From the NCBI RefSeq assembly GCF_963921235.1, contig NC_086097.1, positions 201,936,001-202,000,000 of the forward strand: a stretch of DNA of 64,000 nt, written 5' to 3'. A program made the translations under genes and the position numbers. Of this stretch, positions 51,559 to 63,305 are shown in pieces. Below the pieces are notes generated by a model. The model was not told the DNA's origin. It saw nothing but the letters and a program-made list of their open reading frames with translations, and did not search any database. Within the stretch, counting starts at the first letter, position 1; each line of letters begins with the position of its first letter. This stretch comes from Mobula hypostoma. Taxonomy: Eukaryota.

Positions 51559-52833
51559 ACATGTCAACTGTTTAGTCCCAAATGAGTGGTATCATTACTT
51601 GACTATATTTCAAGTATTTTGAAAAAATTTGGTGGTTCTTCTCTTAAACATTCCTAATATTTCTTCATACTCCATCTTTTTGTCTGTACTCTCATTCTTC
51701 AATCTTCTCCTTAACACTATGATTCCTGTCTGGTTTACAATTACGTGCTGCACCAGTGGTTATTTTAAGCCTCCGCTATTTGCTTTGTCATCAAGGAAAC
51801 TCCATCTTTCGATGTCTCTTTCTTCAAACATATGGAAATATGTTTGATTTGTACCGAAACTATATCTGATTTGAAGGCTTGCTATTGCATTTTAGCATTT
51901 TCTTTGCCAGTATTTGTTTTACCTCCATCTGTGCCAGATCCTTTACCAAATTGAAACCGACACACTTGGAATTCATGATTTTCAACTTTGATGTTCCTTT
52001 GTCTCAATCAATAACTATTTTAAGTTGGTCATTATCCCACTGCTCTAAATGATTTGCTTTCATTTTCAGGTCAATTTAATTTTCTAACCGGGCTATAAGC
52101 ATACTGATTAAAAAGTCTTTCTACAGATTTATGTCCTGCTTCTCACCATTTACTGATCAACTGTAAACTCAGAATGTTCTTGTTCCTTAACTCTACCAAG
52201 TTCGAGCCTCCAACATACTGTCCCTCCCAATAAATCAGTATTATTCTCACTCTCTTTTTCCCTTAACAATCACATTTGAACATATTTTTTAAACGGGAAC
52301 AGGTGCATCAAATAGAATTAACATTTCTGATTGAAGGACCTAACCACAACATAATCAAAGATTTAATTAGGTGGGGAAATATAAGTATCCATTTCATTAA
52401 TAAGAACAAAAGAAGATAAGTAACAAAAACAGGAGCAAACCAAGTAATCAGTTGACCTATCTTGCCATTTAGAAAACACCATTGCTAACCTGATCGTGGC
52501 CCCAATTTCACTTTCCTCCCTGTTCCCATTAATCCCGAATGCCCCAGTAATCAAAAGTATCTATTAATATTAGGCTTGAATAGATCAAATGATTCAGCCA
52601 CCACAGTTTTCTGGCATAGCAAATTTCCAAGACTCTGAAAGAACAAAATCTCCTCATTACTGTCTTTAATGGGTAGTCTTTAATCTGAAATCAACATTGG
52701 GGCCATAGACCTCCATACCTCTTCTTAATCTGAATTTCCCCAAATTCTAGATTACCCGAAGGAAGAAATGACATCCAAATATCTATCCTGTCAAGTCCAC
52801 TGTTTTATTTCAATAAGATCACTTTCTCTTCTA

Positions 52834-53332
52834 CACTCAGTGGCTATTTTATTAGGTACACCTGTATACCTGCGGCTGCAACTCAATGCATAAAAGCATG
52901 CAAAGATGGTCGAAAGGTCCAGATGTTCAGACCAAACATCAGAATGGGGATGATATGTTATTAAGTGCTTTGACCGTGGAGTAATTGTTGGTGCCAGATG
53001 GGGTGGTTTGAGTATCTCAGAAACCGCTGATCTCCTGGGATTTTCACACACAACAGCCTCTGTAGTTTACAGAGGATGGTGTGAAAAAAAATCCAGTGAG
53101 CAGCAGTTTAGTGGGCAAAAACACCTTGTTGATGAGAGAGGTCAGAGGAAAATGCTCAGACTGGTTCAAGCTAACAGAAAGGCAACAGTAAATTAAATAG
53201 CCACAGGTTACAACAGTGGTGTGCATAGAAGCATCTCTGAATGCACAACACATCAAGCCTTGAAGTGAACGGGCTACAGCAGCAGAAGATCACTCTGTGT
53301 TCCACTCCTGTACCTAATAAAGTTGCCACTAT
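52834..53332 (+). mobile_element. Non-autonomous Tc1/mariner derivative (about 500 bp)
   Basis: TA then cactcagtggctattttattaggtaca ... tgtacctaataaagttgccact. The interior keeps the transposase N-terminal HTH: IVGARWGGLSISETADLLGFSHTTASVVYRGWCEK. Confidence 0.88.
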
Positions 53333-53807
53333 ATTCATAGGATCAGTCATAGAAAAGTACAGCAGAGAAACAGGCCCTTCAGCCCATCTAGTCTATGCCA
53401 AACCATTTAAATTGCCTATTCCGATCAATCTGCATTGAGGCCATAGACCTCCATACCTCTACTACCCATGTACCTATCCAAACTTCTCTTAAACATTGAA
53501 AGAGAGCTTACATGCACCACTTCTGGTGGCAGCTCATTTCACACTCTCATGACCATCCAAGTGAAGAAGTTTTCCCTCATGTTCTCCTTCAACTTTTCAC
53601 ATTTCACCCTTAACCCATGACCTCTGGTTGTAGTCCCACCCAATCTCAGTGGAAAAAGCCTGATTACATTTAATTTATCTATCCCCCTCATAATATTGTA
53701 TACCTCTATCAAATCTCCTCTCAATCTTTTATGTTCTAAGGAATAAAGTCCTAACCTATTCAATCTTTCCTTATAACTCAGGTCTTCCAGTCCTGGCAAA
53801 ATCTTTA

Positions 53808-53877
53808 CGTAACGTAAAGATTTTTACTCCTCATGTATGTGAAGGATGTAAGAGATAAAGTCAATTCAATTCAATTC
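53808..53877 (+). mobile_element. Extreme 3' tail of a Rex1-type LINE
   Basis: gtaaagatttttactcctcatgtatgtgaaggatgtaagagataaagt(caatt)n, matching 62366-62432. Confidence 0.8.
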
Positions 53878-54431
53878 AACATCCTTGTAAACTCTTTCAA
53901 CCTTATTTACATTTTTCCTGTAGGTAGGCGGCAAAAACTGCACACAATACTCCAAATTAGACCTCACCGATGTCTTGTACAGCTTCAGCATACCATCCCA
54001 TCTCCTGTACTCAGTACTTTGATTTCTGATAGCCAATGTGCCAAAAGCTTTCGTTACGACTCTATCTACCTGTGACACCATTTTCAGTGAATTATGGACC
54101 TGTATTCCCAGGTCCCTTTGTTCTGCCGTACTCCTCAGTGCCCTACTGTGTAAGACCTACCCTGGATGGTCTCAGCAAAGTGCAACACCTCGCACTTCTC
54201 TGCATTAAGTTCCATCTGTCATTCTTCAGCCCATTTTATCAGCTGGTCCAGATCCCACTGCAAACCCATGACAGCCTTCCTTGCTTGCAACCCATTACAC
54301 CCTTAATCTTGGTGTCATCCACAAATTTGCTGATCCAGTTAACAGCAATACCATCCAGATCATTGATATTGATGACAAACAACAATAGGCCCAGCACTGA
54401 TTCCTGTGGCACTCCACTAATCACAGGCCTC

Positions 54432-55190
54432 CATAAGAACATAAGAAATAGGAGCAGGAGTAGGCCATCTAGCCATCGAGCATGAACTACTAATCAAAAA
54501 GATCATGGCTGATCTGGCCATGGACTTATCTCCACCTACCTGCCTTTTCCCCATAACCCTTAATTCCCCTACAATGCAAAAATCTATCTAATCTTGTCTT
54601 AAAATATATTTACAGAGGTAGCCTCCACTGTTTCATTGGGCAGAGAATTCCTCTGATTCACCACTCTCTGAGAAAAGCAGTTCCTCCTCATCTCCATCCT
54701 AAATCTACTCTCCCAAATCTCGAGGCTATGTCCCCTAGTTGAAATCCACCTATCAGTGGAAACAACTTTAATGCCTCTATCTTATCTATCTCTTTCATAA
54801 TTTTATATGTTTCTATAAGATCTCCTCTCATTCTTCTGAATTCCAGCGAGTACAGTCCCAGGCAACTCAATCTCTCCTCAGTGTCTAATCCCCTCTTCTC
54901 TGGAACCAACCTGGTGAACCTCCTCTGCACGGCCTCCAAAGTCAGTATATCCTTCCTCAGGTAAGGAGACCAGAACTACACGCAATACTCCAGGTGAGGC
55001 CTCACCGGTACCCTGTACAGTTGCAGCATAACCTCCCTGCACTTAAAATCTAACCCTCTCATAATGAAGGCCAACATTCCATTTGCCTTCTCGATAGCCC
55101 GCTGCACCTGCAAACCAATTTTGTGATCCATACACTAGCACTCCCAAGTCCCTCTGCAGAGCAGCATGCTGCAATCTTTTACTATTTAAA
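54432..55190 (-). mobile_element. CR1 3' fragment nested in the 53345-56170 CR1
   Basis: ORF 54688-54939 ([12 protein letters not shown]...[21 protein letters not shown]); (cataagaa)n tail at 54432. Confidence 0.92.
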
Positions 55191-56191
55191 TAATAATCCA
55201 GTCAGAGAGGCACCCATCTACTACCACACTTTGGCTTTTCCGACAAAGACAATGTCTAATCCAATTTACTACTTCATTTTGACTGCTGAGTGACTGAACC
55301 CTCTTGACCAACCTTCCATACAGGACCTTGTCAAATGCCTTGCTAAAATCCATGTAGACAATATCCACTGCCTTACCTTCATTAACTCTCCTTGTAACTA
55401 CCTCAAAAAACTCTATGATTGGTGAAACATGACCTACCATACACAAAGCCATGCTGACTATCCTTATTCAGTCCATGTTTATCCATATACTTATTTAGAA
55501 TATCTTCCAACAACTTTCCGACTACTGATATAAGGCCCACTGGCCTATAAATGCCTGGTTTAATTTTACAGCCTTTCTTAGAAAGTGAAACAACATTGGC
55601 TATCCTCCAAGCCTCTGTCGCTAAGGATGATTTAAATATCTCTGGTAGGGCCCCAACAATTTCTACACTTACCTCCCACAGGGTTCGAGGAATACCTTGT
55701 CAGGCCCTAGGGAGTTATCCACACTAATTTGCCTCATGACAGCAAACACCTCCTCCTCTGTAATCTGTATGGGGACCATGAAGTTAATGCTGTCTTGTCT
55801 CACTTCTGTAGACTCTGTGTCTATCTCCTGAGTAAATACAGATGCAAAAAATTAATTTAAGATCTCTCCCATATATTTGGGCTCCACACATGGATTATCG
55901 TTCTGATCTTCCAGTGGAACCACTTTTGTTCCTTGCAATCCTTCTGCTCTTAACATATCTGTAGAATCTCTTGGGATTCTCCTTCAAACTCATGCCCACT
56001 TTTAGCCTTCCTGGTTTCTTCCAAAGTATTCTTTAGCATTTCTTATACTCCATAAGCACTTCATTTGTTCCTACCTGCATTACAACTCTTTTTTTTCTTA
56101 ACCAGGGTCTGAACATCTCTTGAAAAGCAAGGTTCCCTACAACTGTTGTCTTTACCTTTTATTCCTAGCAGTAAAAGTTTAAGACCCTCAA

Positions 56192-56582
56192 TCATAGAAA
56201 CATAGAAACATAGAAAATAGGTGCAGGAGTAGGCCATTCGGCCCTTCGAGCCTGCACCGCCATTTATTATGATCATGGCTGATCATCCAACTCAGAACCC
56301 AGCCTTCCCTCCATACCCCCTGACCCCTGTAGCCACAAGGGCCATATCTAACTCCCTCTTAAACATAGCCAATGAACTGGCCTCAACAGTTTGCTGTGGC
56401 AGAGAATTCCACAGATTCACCACCCTCTGTGTGAAGAAGTTTTTCCTAATCTCGGTCCTAAAAGGCTTCCCCTCTATCCTCAAACTGTGACCCCTCGTTC
56501 TGGACCTCCCCAACATCGGGAACAATCTTCCCGCATCTAGCCTGTCCAATCCCTTTAGGATCTTATACGTTTCAATCAGATC
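56192..56582 (-). mobile_element. Young CR1 LINE 3' fragment
   Basis: ORF 56292-56591 is almost identical to the end of ORF 33688-34071; (catagaaa)n tail. Confidence 0.95.
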
Positions 56583-56849
56583 ATTCCTCATTCCAAGTTC
56601 TTCGTTTCAGGATCCTACCTACTTATTTTTCTCTTAACTACTTCCAATTCAAGTATGTCACCAAATATGTATACAATATTCCAATTAAAGCTTACCAACT
56701 TGAAAACAACCTATGTACCTCAATTATTTAGCCTATCTTCTAACCCTTCTAAAATATTATTCCTAACTCAATGAGCACTTTTTACATGAAATAATCTTAT
56801 TTGACACCTCATCAAATGCCTTTTGGAAATTCAAATACTCTACATCTAC

Positions 56850-57115
56850 TATAAGACCATAAGATATAGGAGCAGAAGTAGGCCATTTTGCCCATCAAGT
56901 CTGTTCCGCCATTCATTCATGGGCTGATCCAACTCTTCCACTCATCCCCACTCCCCTGCCTTCTCCCCATCCCCTTTGATGCCCTGGCTAATCAAGAACC
57001 TATCTACCACTGCCTTAAATGCACCCAATGACCTGGCCTCCACAGCCACTCATGGCAATAAATTCCATAGATTTACCACCCTCTGACTAAAGTAATTTCT
57101 CCACATCTCTGTACT
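56850..57115 (-). mobile_element. CR1 LINE 3' tail
   Basis: Antisense YFSQRVVNLWNLLP; (ataagacc)n tail. Confidence 0.88.
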
Positions 57116-58292
57116 AGATCTCCATTATCCATCTTGTTCATTATATCTTCAAATAACTCAAATAAATTTGACAAACATTATTTCCTTTTCATAAAATATT
57201 GTTAACAGTATTTATTTGCAACATACTGATAACAACAAATTTCACGTCACATGTCGGTGATAATAAACCTGATTCTGATTCTAAATGTCTTGCTTCACTT
57301 ACTTCAACATAGATTCCAGTATTTTTCAATGACAGACATCTGGCTAAATATCCATTATTATTCTGATATCTTTCAACATCCTTTTTTGAAGAGTGGTATT
57401 GGATTTGCAGTTTCCACCTGGAATTTCCAGGATCTAGAGAATTCTGAAGTTCTTGAATAATGCAACAACATGTATAATGTAAGGAATAATGTAAAGCACA
57501 GTTAAACACATTAAAAGGCATCAAATATGTTGGCCAGTGCTCCCTTTATTAAAACATTCCATCATGATTGGAATTGTTTTATAGTGATAGCTTATTCAAA
57601 CTTCTCAAGTATTCTAAATTTTTCAAATAGTTAAACTATATTTCTATTTACAGGCATTTGCAGACTTATAACTTACAACTTACAGACTTACAATATGATT
57701 CTCAGTGCCACACATGAAGCTTTAATAAGCTTGGTAGGTTTAATCAGCTTTAATGTATTCTTCCTGTTGTTAATGCACTTACTGTATTCTTGCTGTAGTT
57801 AATGTACCCCTATTATTTTACTATATTGCCTGGAGGTCAGTATTTCAGTCTGGAAGTATGTGCTTTGAAACTGACATCAGTAAATCAGCTGCTAATAGTC
57901 CACTGTATTTCCTGGAAGATCTTAGGGAGCAGACCATCAGGTCCTAGGGATCTGAGAGCCTTTAATCCTATTGGTCTAGCTTTTCTAGTGATAATGATTA
58001 TTTAAAGTTTTTCTCTGGTTTTTTACTTTAACTGGAATATTTATACCATTAAGAAAGAAAATATTTGTATACAGTCTGCAATTCTTTCTTACTCCTTAAG
58101 AATTCCCTCTAGGGAACCAACCTTTGCATTAAATTCCCTTACATATATGCTTGTGATTCCTTTCCCCTCATCCTCCTGTAATGACAAATATTCCAGAATA
58201 TTCAGTTCACAGCCTTGGTCACCTTGCAACCACATGTCTATAGTTGTATTCATTCATAACATCATCTACCTTGTGAATAAACTTACCTTTCT

Positions 58293-58821
58293 ATCTGTCT
58301 ATCCACGGCCTCCTCTACTGTAAAGATGAAGCCACACTCAGGTTGGAGGAACAACACCTTATATTCCTTCTGGGTAGCCTCCAACCTGATGGCATGAACA
58401 TTGACTTCTCTAACTTCTGCTAATGCCCCACCTCCCCCTCCTACCCCATCTGTTATTTATTTTTATACACACATTCTTTCTCTCACTCTCCTTTTTCTCC
58501 CTCTGTCCCTCTGACTATACCCCTTGCCCATCCAATGGGTTCCTCCCCCCCACCATTTTCCTTCTCCCTGGGCCTCCTGTCCCATGATCCTCTCGTATCC
58601 CCTTTTTGCCAATCACCTGTCCAGCTCTTGGCTCCATCCCTCCCCCTCCTGTCTTCTCCTATCATTTTGGATCTCCCCCTCCCCCTCCCACTTTCAAATC
58701 TCTTACTAACTCTTCCTTCAGTTAGTCCTGACGAAGGGTCTCGGCCTGAAACGCCGACTGTACCTCTTCCTAGAGATGCTGCCTGGCCTGCTGCGTTCAC
58801 CAGCAACTTTGATGTGTGAAG
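58293..58821 (+). mobile_element. 5'-truncated Penelope-like element (end of the GIY-YIG ORF and terminus) with an 11-bp TSD
   Basis: SIHGLLYCKDEATLRLEEQHLIFLLGSLQPDGMNIDFSNFC*; cttacctttct at 58282-58292 and 58822-58832. Confidence 0.9.
58724..58759 (+). ncRNA. Minimal type I hammerhead ribozyme-like motif in the Penelope terminus
   Basis: AGTC-CTGACGA-agggtctcggcct-GAAAC-GCC-GACT: core boxes intact, stem I AGTC/GACT. The cleavage triplet is GCC here but GTC in sibling copies. Confidence 0.7.
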
Positions 58822-59226
58822 CTTACCTTTCTTCCTTCTTGTGATGTCACACTTTTTACTTTCTTTCAGCTGCTTTTACAAATCTTGTTTTGAACTCTAT
58901 GCTTATTACTTCAACTAAACTCTTAAGGAGTATGCTTATATTTGCCCCAGACCACAAAAAGTAATATCTCTTTGAGATGGGGATCTGCCCAGCTTAGCCA
59001 AATGGCACAAGATTATGATAGGAACTTCAGGAAGTGATTCAATCAGAAATTTACCACACTAAAAGAGCCAGTTCACCTTGGATTTCCATTTCAGCTAAAA
59101 ATAGTCAGCTATCCAAATCCCACTTTTCTATATTTGGCCTGTAATCTTTTGGAATCTTCAAATGCATATCCAAGTACTTTAAAGAAATCTCCCTCTGTCA
59201 TTCTTTCAAGTAAGTTAGTTCTACAC

Positions 59227-60359
59227 CAGGGGTTGGCAACCTTTCTGGCTCTGTGGGCCAGATCGCATAGTAACAAGTGGACGGTGGGCCAGATAAATGC
59301 CATAAAAAACTTGAAATATGGGAATTATCCATTTAAATACATCTAGTTATGTTTTGCCTCAAATGAATAAATAACACATGCTGGAAAATCATTTGTGCTT
59401 AACCAAGGATGCCAGTTAGTAATCAAAAAACTCCGTTTAGTTGCAATTTATTTCAATCAAGGCATTTTTTTTAAATCTATTATAAGGACACAAAGAATCT
59501 TTAAATATAAAACGTATGAACATGATGCATTGAATGGTGGTAAATAAAGAATAATAAAAAAGAAAAAAATTAATGCAAACAGTCGATAAATCAATGTGAA
59601 ACTTGATGCTAACACGAGGAATTCTGCAGTTGCTGGAAATTCAAGCAACACATATCAAAGTTGCTGGTGAACGCAGCAAGCCAAGCAGCATCTCTAGGAA
59701 GAGGTACAGCCGACGTTTCGGGTCCTGACGAAGGGTCTCGGCCCAAAACGTCAACTGTACCTCTTCCTAGAGATGCTGCCTGGCCTGCTGCGTTCACCAG
59801 CAACTTTGATATGTGTTGCTTGAAACTTGATGCTGTTTGTTGCTTGAAAGCTTCTCAATATTGGGTGTCAGACTTGCTGATGTCTTGGAAATTTCGGCAT
59901 TCAATGTCTACCTTCCTGCGTTTTGCATTCGTTGCCATTGGAATTTTTTTCTTCCATTTTATTTCGAAATGCGAGTTATTCAACAAGTATCGTAGCCCAA
60001 GTAAATATCTGGATACTTAGCATGGATTTCTTGTTAAAACACAGTTACGCTGTTTCTGTTTACAAATTTGAACGATCCCATCTGAAAACCTGCGTGTGCA
60101 CGGAGAGTATCTAATACATATTAATAGAGTAGTCTGCCTTCCCTCTGCCTTCCCGTCATTCATATATACCAGTGTTTGGTTTGGAACAAAACTGAACCTG
60201 GGGCCAGTGTAACAAGACGCCATGCATGTCCATCAGTGTGGTCGCGTGAAACACTCAGAATAAGGAAAAATCGCTCACAGGCCGGATAAGCATAGCATCC
60301 CAATATTTGCTCGCGGGCCTGTCAAAATATCTTTGCAGGCTGTAGGTTGCCTACCACTG
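59227..60359 (-). mobile_element. Internally deleted hAT-Charlie (SPIN/GTF2IRD2-like) DNA transposon
   Basis: TIRs caggggttggcaacc and ggttgcctaccactg (13/15 match); 8-bp flanks ttctacac and gtccagac resemble NTCTAGAN. The - strand keeps MATNAKRRKVDIECRNFQ (ATG 59938) joined to SLTPNIEKLSSNKQHQVSH*. Confidence 0.88.
59611..59824. mobile_element. Fold-back Penelope-terminus element inserted into the hAT element
   Basis: Inverted arms 59640-59722 and 59742-59824 around tcctgacgaagggtctcgg; tgaaacttgatgct is duplicated at 59597-59610 and 59821-59834. Confidence 0.9.
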
Positions 60360-61299
60360 GTCCAGACCTTTCAGCTTTTGAAAACTTGAAGATACTTATT
60401 AAGAGGATATTCTTAACTACAAAAGCAGCCTTTACACAAGCCTCAACCACCTTCTTCATCTCATCCTTGACTTCTCAGTAACTACTCCCCCACCCCACCC
60501 CCACCTGGACCACAGATGCCTATTAAATCTCCTTCAGCTGTAAATCACCTTCTAATACACACTATGCGGAGTGCAGCACTTCGCAACAATCCAGGACACT
60601 GCAGTACCTGAAGGATCTAATCAGAACATTTATTAAGGTTTCATTATTTGCCATGCTAGAAGCCTCTCTGTAACACCAGGATGACTGTGCAAGATGTCAT
60701 CAACCAAATTAGTACTAACAAGTAATAATGGAATGGAACAGGCACTATGTAGTTACCTGCAATACAAAACATTGATCAGCTATTATTGAGTAAAAGTCCT
60801 TATGAATCAGATTGGGAATCCTGCAATGAAGACTGAGTACATTTCCTGACATTCTATGTGCCTTAGAAATCTGGCCAAACAAAAAAAAAGATCAATGCTC
60901 TGGTTGGCACCTTTCTGGATGAACTTTGCATGATCATGCCTACAAGATCAGTAATTTGTTCGTTGCACCGACTGTATAAAACAGACAAAATATTTTATGG
61001 TTTATCACTTTGAACTGTTCCAAGCAAACGAACTTCAATGGCTTAATAACTTTAACAGCTACAGAAAGTGAAGTGCTTGTATAGATACATGCTTTCAACC
61101 TAACCGAAGGATTTTAACTCCATCAACTGTCGAAATTACTTCTCAAAATTGACTGTCCACTGATAGTTATCTCCATATTCACTCCACAAAGGTGTGGAGG
61201 CTACGGAACTAATCAATGGGTCCATAATAGCACCAACGTCAATGGAAACCAGTGTGAAAAAAGATGCATCTCTGCCCCAACACTTTGTTCAATTTTTCT

Positions 61300-62432
61300 C
61301 ACAGCAATATTCAAAGTTCAAGGTAAAGATGAAGACCTTACGCTGCCGGCAATCAGCAGGAGCTCAAGAAAAGCAGCTGCGATCTGCACAAAGCGATCAA
61401 GGCTACAAAAAAACGATACAGGGACAATATTGAGTTCAGATTCACAATGGATAGCACACATGACTTGTGGCGAGGGTTGCATACCATCGCAGACTTCAAA
61501 GCCAAACGTAGTGGTGCCACCAACATTGCAGCCTCTCTTCCAATTAAGCTTAATTGCTTTTATACTCAGTTCGATGTTGCTAACCCTGAGCCTCCGAGGA
61601 AAGCCACCACTACAACCTGCAACCTGGTCATCTCTGAGGCTGAGGTAGGCAGATATTTCCAATGAGTGGACAGCCACAAGGCTGCAGGACAGGATGGCAT
61701 CCCAGAGTGAGTACTCAGGAAGTGTGCAGCACAATTGGCAGGTGTGTTTACAGACATCTTTAATCTCTCCCTCTCCCAGTGCAGAGTGCCCTCCTGCTTC
61801 AAATTATTAACCATTGTCCCTGTACCAAAAAAGACCAAGGTAACGTGCCTGAACGACTGGTGTCTTGTCACATTCACCTCAATAATAAGCAAATGCTTTG
61901 AGAGGCTGGTTAAGGACTACATCTGCATTTGGTATGGGCCCCCAAATCCTGAGAACTTTCTACAGGGGCATAATAAAGAGCATCCTGACTGGCTGCATCA
62001 TAGCCTGGTATAGGAACTGTACCTCCTTAATCGCAGGATTCTGCAGGGAGTGGTGCAGACAGCCCAGTGCATCTGTAGTTGTGAACTTCCCATGATTCAG
62101 GACATTTACAAAGACAGGTGTGAAAAAAGGATCATTGGGGACCCGAGTCACCCCAGCCACAATCTATTCCAGCTGCTACCATCCGGGAAACAGTACCACA
62201 GCATAAAAGCCACGAGCAACAAGTTCCAGGACAGCTTCTTCCACCAGGCCATCAGACTGATTAACTCACACTGATTTGAGTGTATTTCTGTTACATTGAC
62301 TGTTCTATTTTTTTTATAAATTATGATAAATTACTATGATTGCACATTGCACATTTAGATGGAGATGTAACAAAGATTTTTACTCCTCATGTACGTGAAG
62401 GATGCAAGAAATAAAGTCAATTTAATTCAATT
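61300..62432 (+). mobile_element. Rex1/Babar-type LINE, internally deleted (pre-RT region joined to the 3' end)
   Basis: LWRGLHTIADFK and AGVFTDIFNLSLSQCRVPSCFK..IVPVPKK...CLNDW are joined at about 61928 to LRTFYRGIIKSILTGCIIAWY...HPSHNLFQLLPSG; (caatt)n tail. Confidence 0.9.
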
Positions 62433-62439
62433 ATTGTTG

Positions 62440-62950
62440 AAGCATGCATATATTACCATGTTTTATCCTGAGATTCATTTTTTTGAAAAAAAATACAATA
62501 AAATTTATTTTAAAAAATGTACATAAACAGACTGACAAACAACTAATGTGGTAAAGAAGACAAACTAAGATGATAAACTATAGACACAGGAGCAGAATTA
62601 GGCCACTCAGGCCATCAATTTTGCTCTACAAATAACAGTGCAAATAAAAAAGTATTGAGAACATTGGTTATACAGAGATCTTGAAAGTGAGTCTGTGGGT
62701 CATAGAATCAGTTCAGAGGTGTGGGGAGTCACTGAATCTGGTGGTGTGGGACCTAACGCTTCTGTACCTTGTGCCAATTATAGTCACAAGAATGGCCTGG
62801 ATAATGAAGGCCCTTGATGATGGATGCTGCTTTTTTGTAGCAACGCTCCATGTAAATACACTTGGTGGTACAAATAGCTTTGCCTTTGATGGACTGAGCT
62901 GTATCATCCATTTTCTATAGTGCTTTCCATTCTTGGATATTGGTGTTTAG
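62440..62950 (-). mobile_element. Decayed Rex1-type LINE 3' end, with a small CR1 tail piece at about 62575-62630
   Basis: Antisense KKAASIIKGLHYPGHS and RYRSVRSHTTRFSDS. Confidence 0.75.
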
Positions 62951-63305
62951 ATATGGAACTAATGGAAGATGTTCAACCCATTGAAACTACATTGTGGGGC
63001 TATGATCACTTCAACCATAATAATTGAGCTGCAGTACATTATAGATAATCCCTCTATTTGCACACTTGTGAAAGTTGCCAATTTGTTCACTTGAAGCTTC
63101 CAAGAAGATATGCCTTACACTATACATCCACAGGACTCATCCACTGACCCGACTGTGGTGCATCACATAGCCATCCAACAACAAATGTTCATGATGAGAC
63201 CTTGGAAAACATGGCCTATTCCTGTTCCTATTTCTTATGTACTTCTGTCTCTAACCAACTTTCCTACAAACATTAAGTCCAATAAAATGTAGTATTGGAC
63301 TAAAA

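Larger units (their letters stand above)
53345..56170 (-). mobile_element. Long decayed CR1 LINE ORF2 with nested insertions
   Basis: ORFs 53539-53799, 53866-54081, 54239-54442 (SGVPQES, FVDDTKI) and 55186-55452 (YMDFSKAFDKV); collinear across the inserts. Confidence 0.92.

Noticed and set aside
59609..60020. Similar ORFs MLVNAA(G/S)QAASLGRGT on both strands and at 58483-58806 as a peptide family
   Set aside because: They are translations of the inverted non-coding Penelope terminus.
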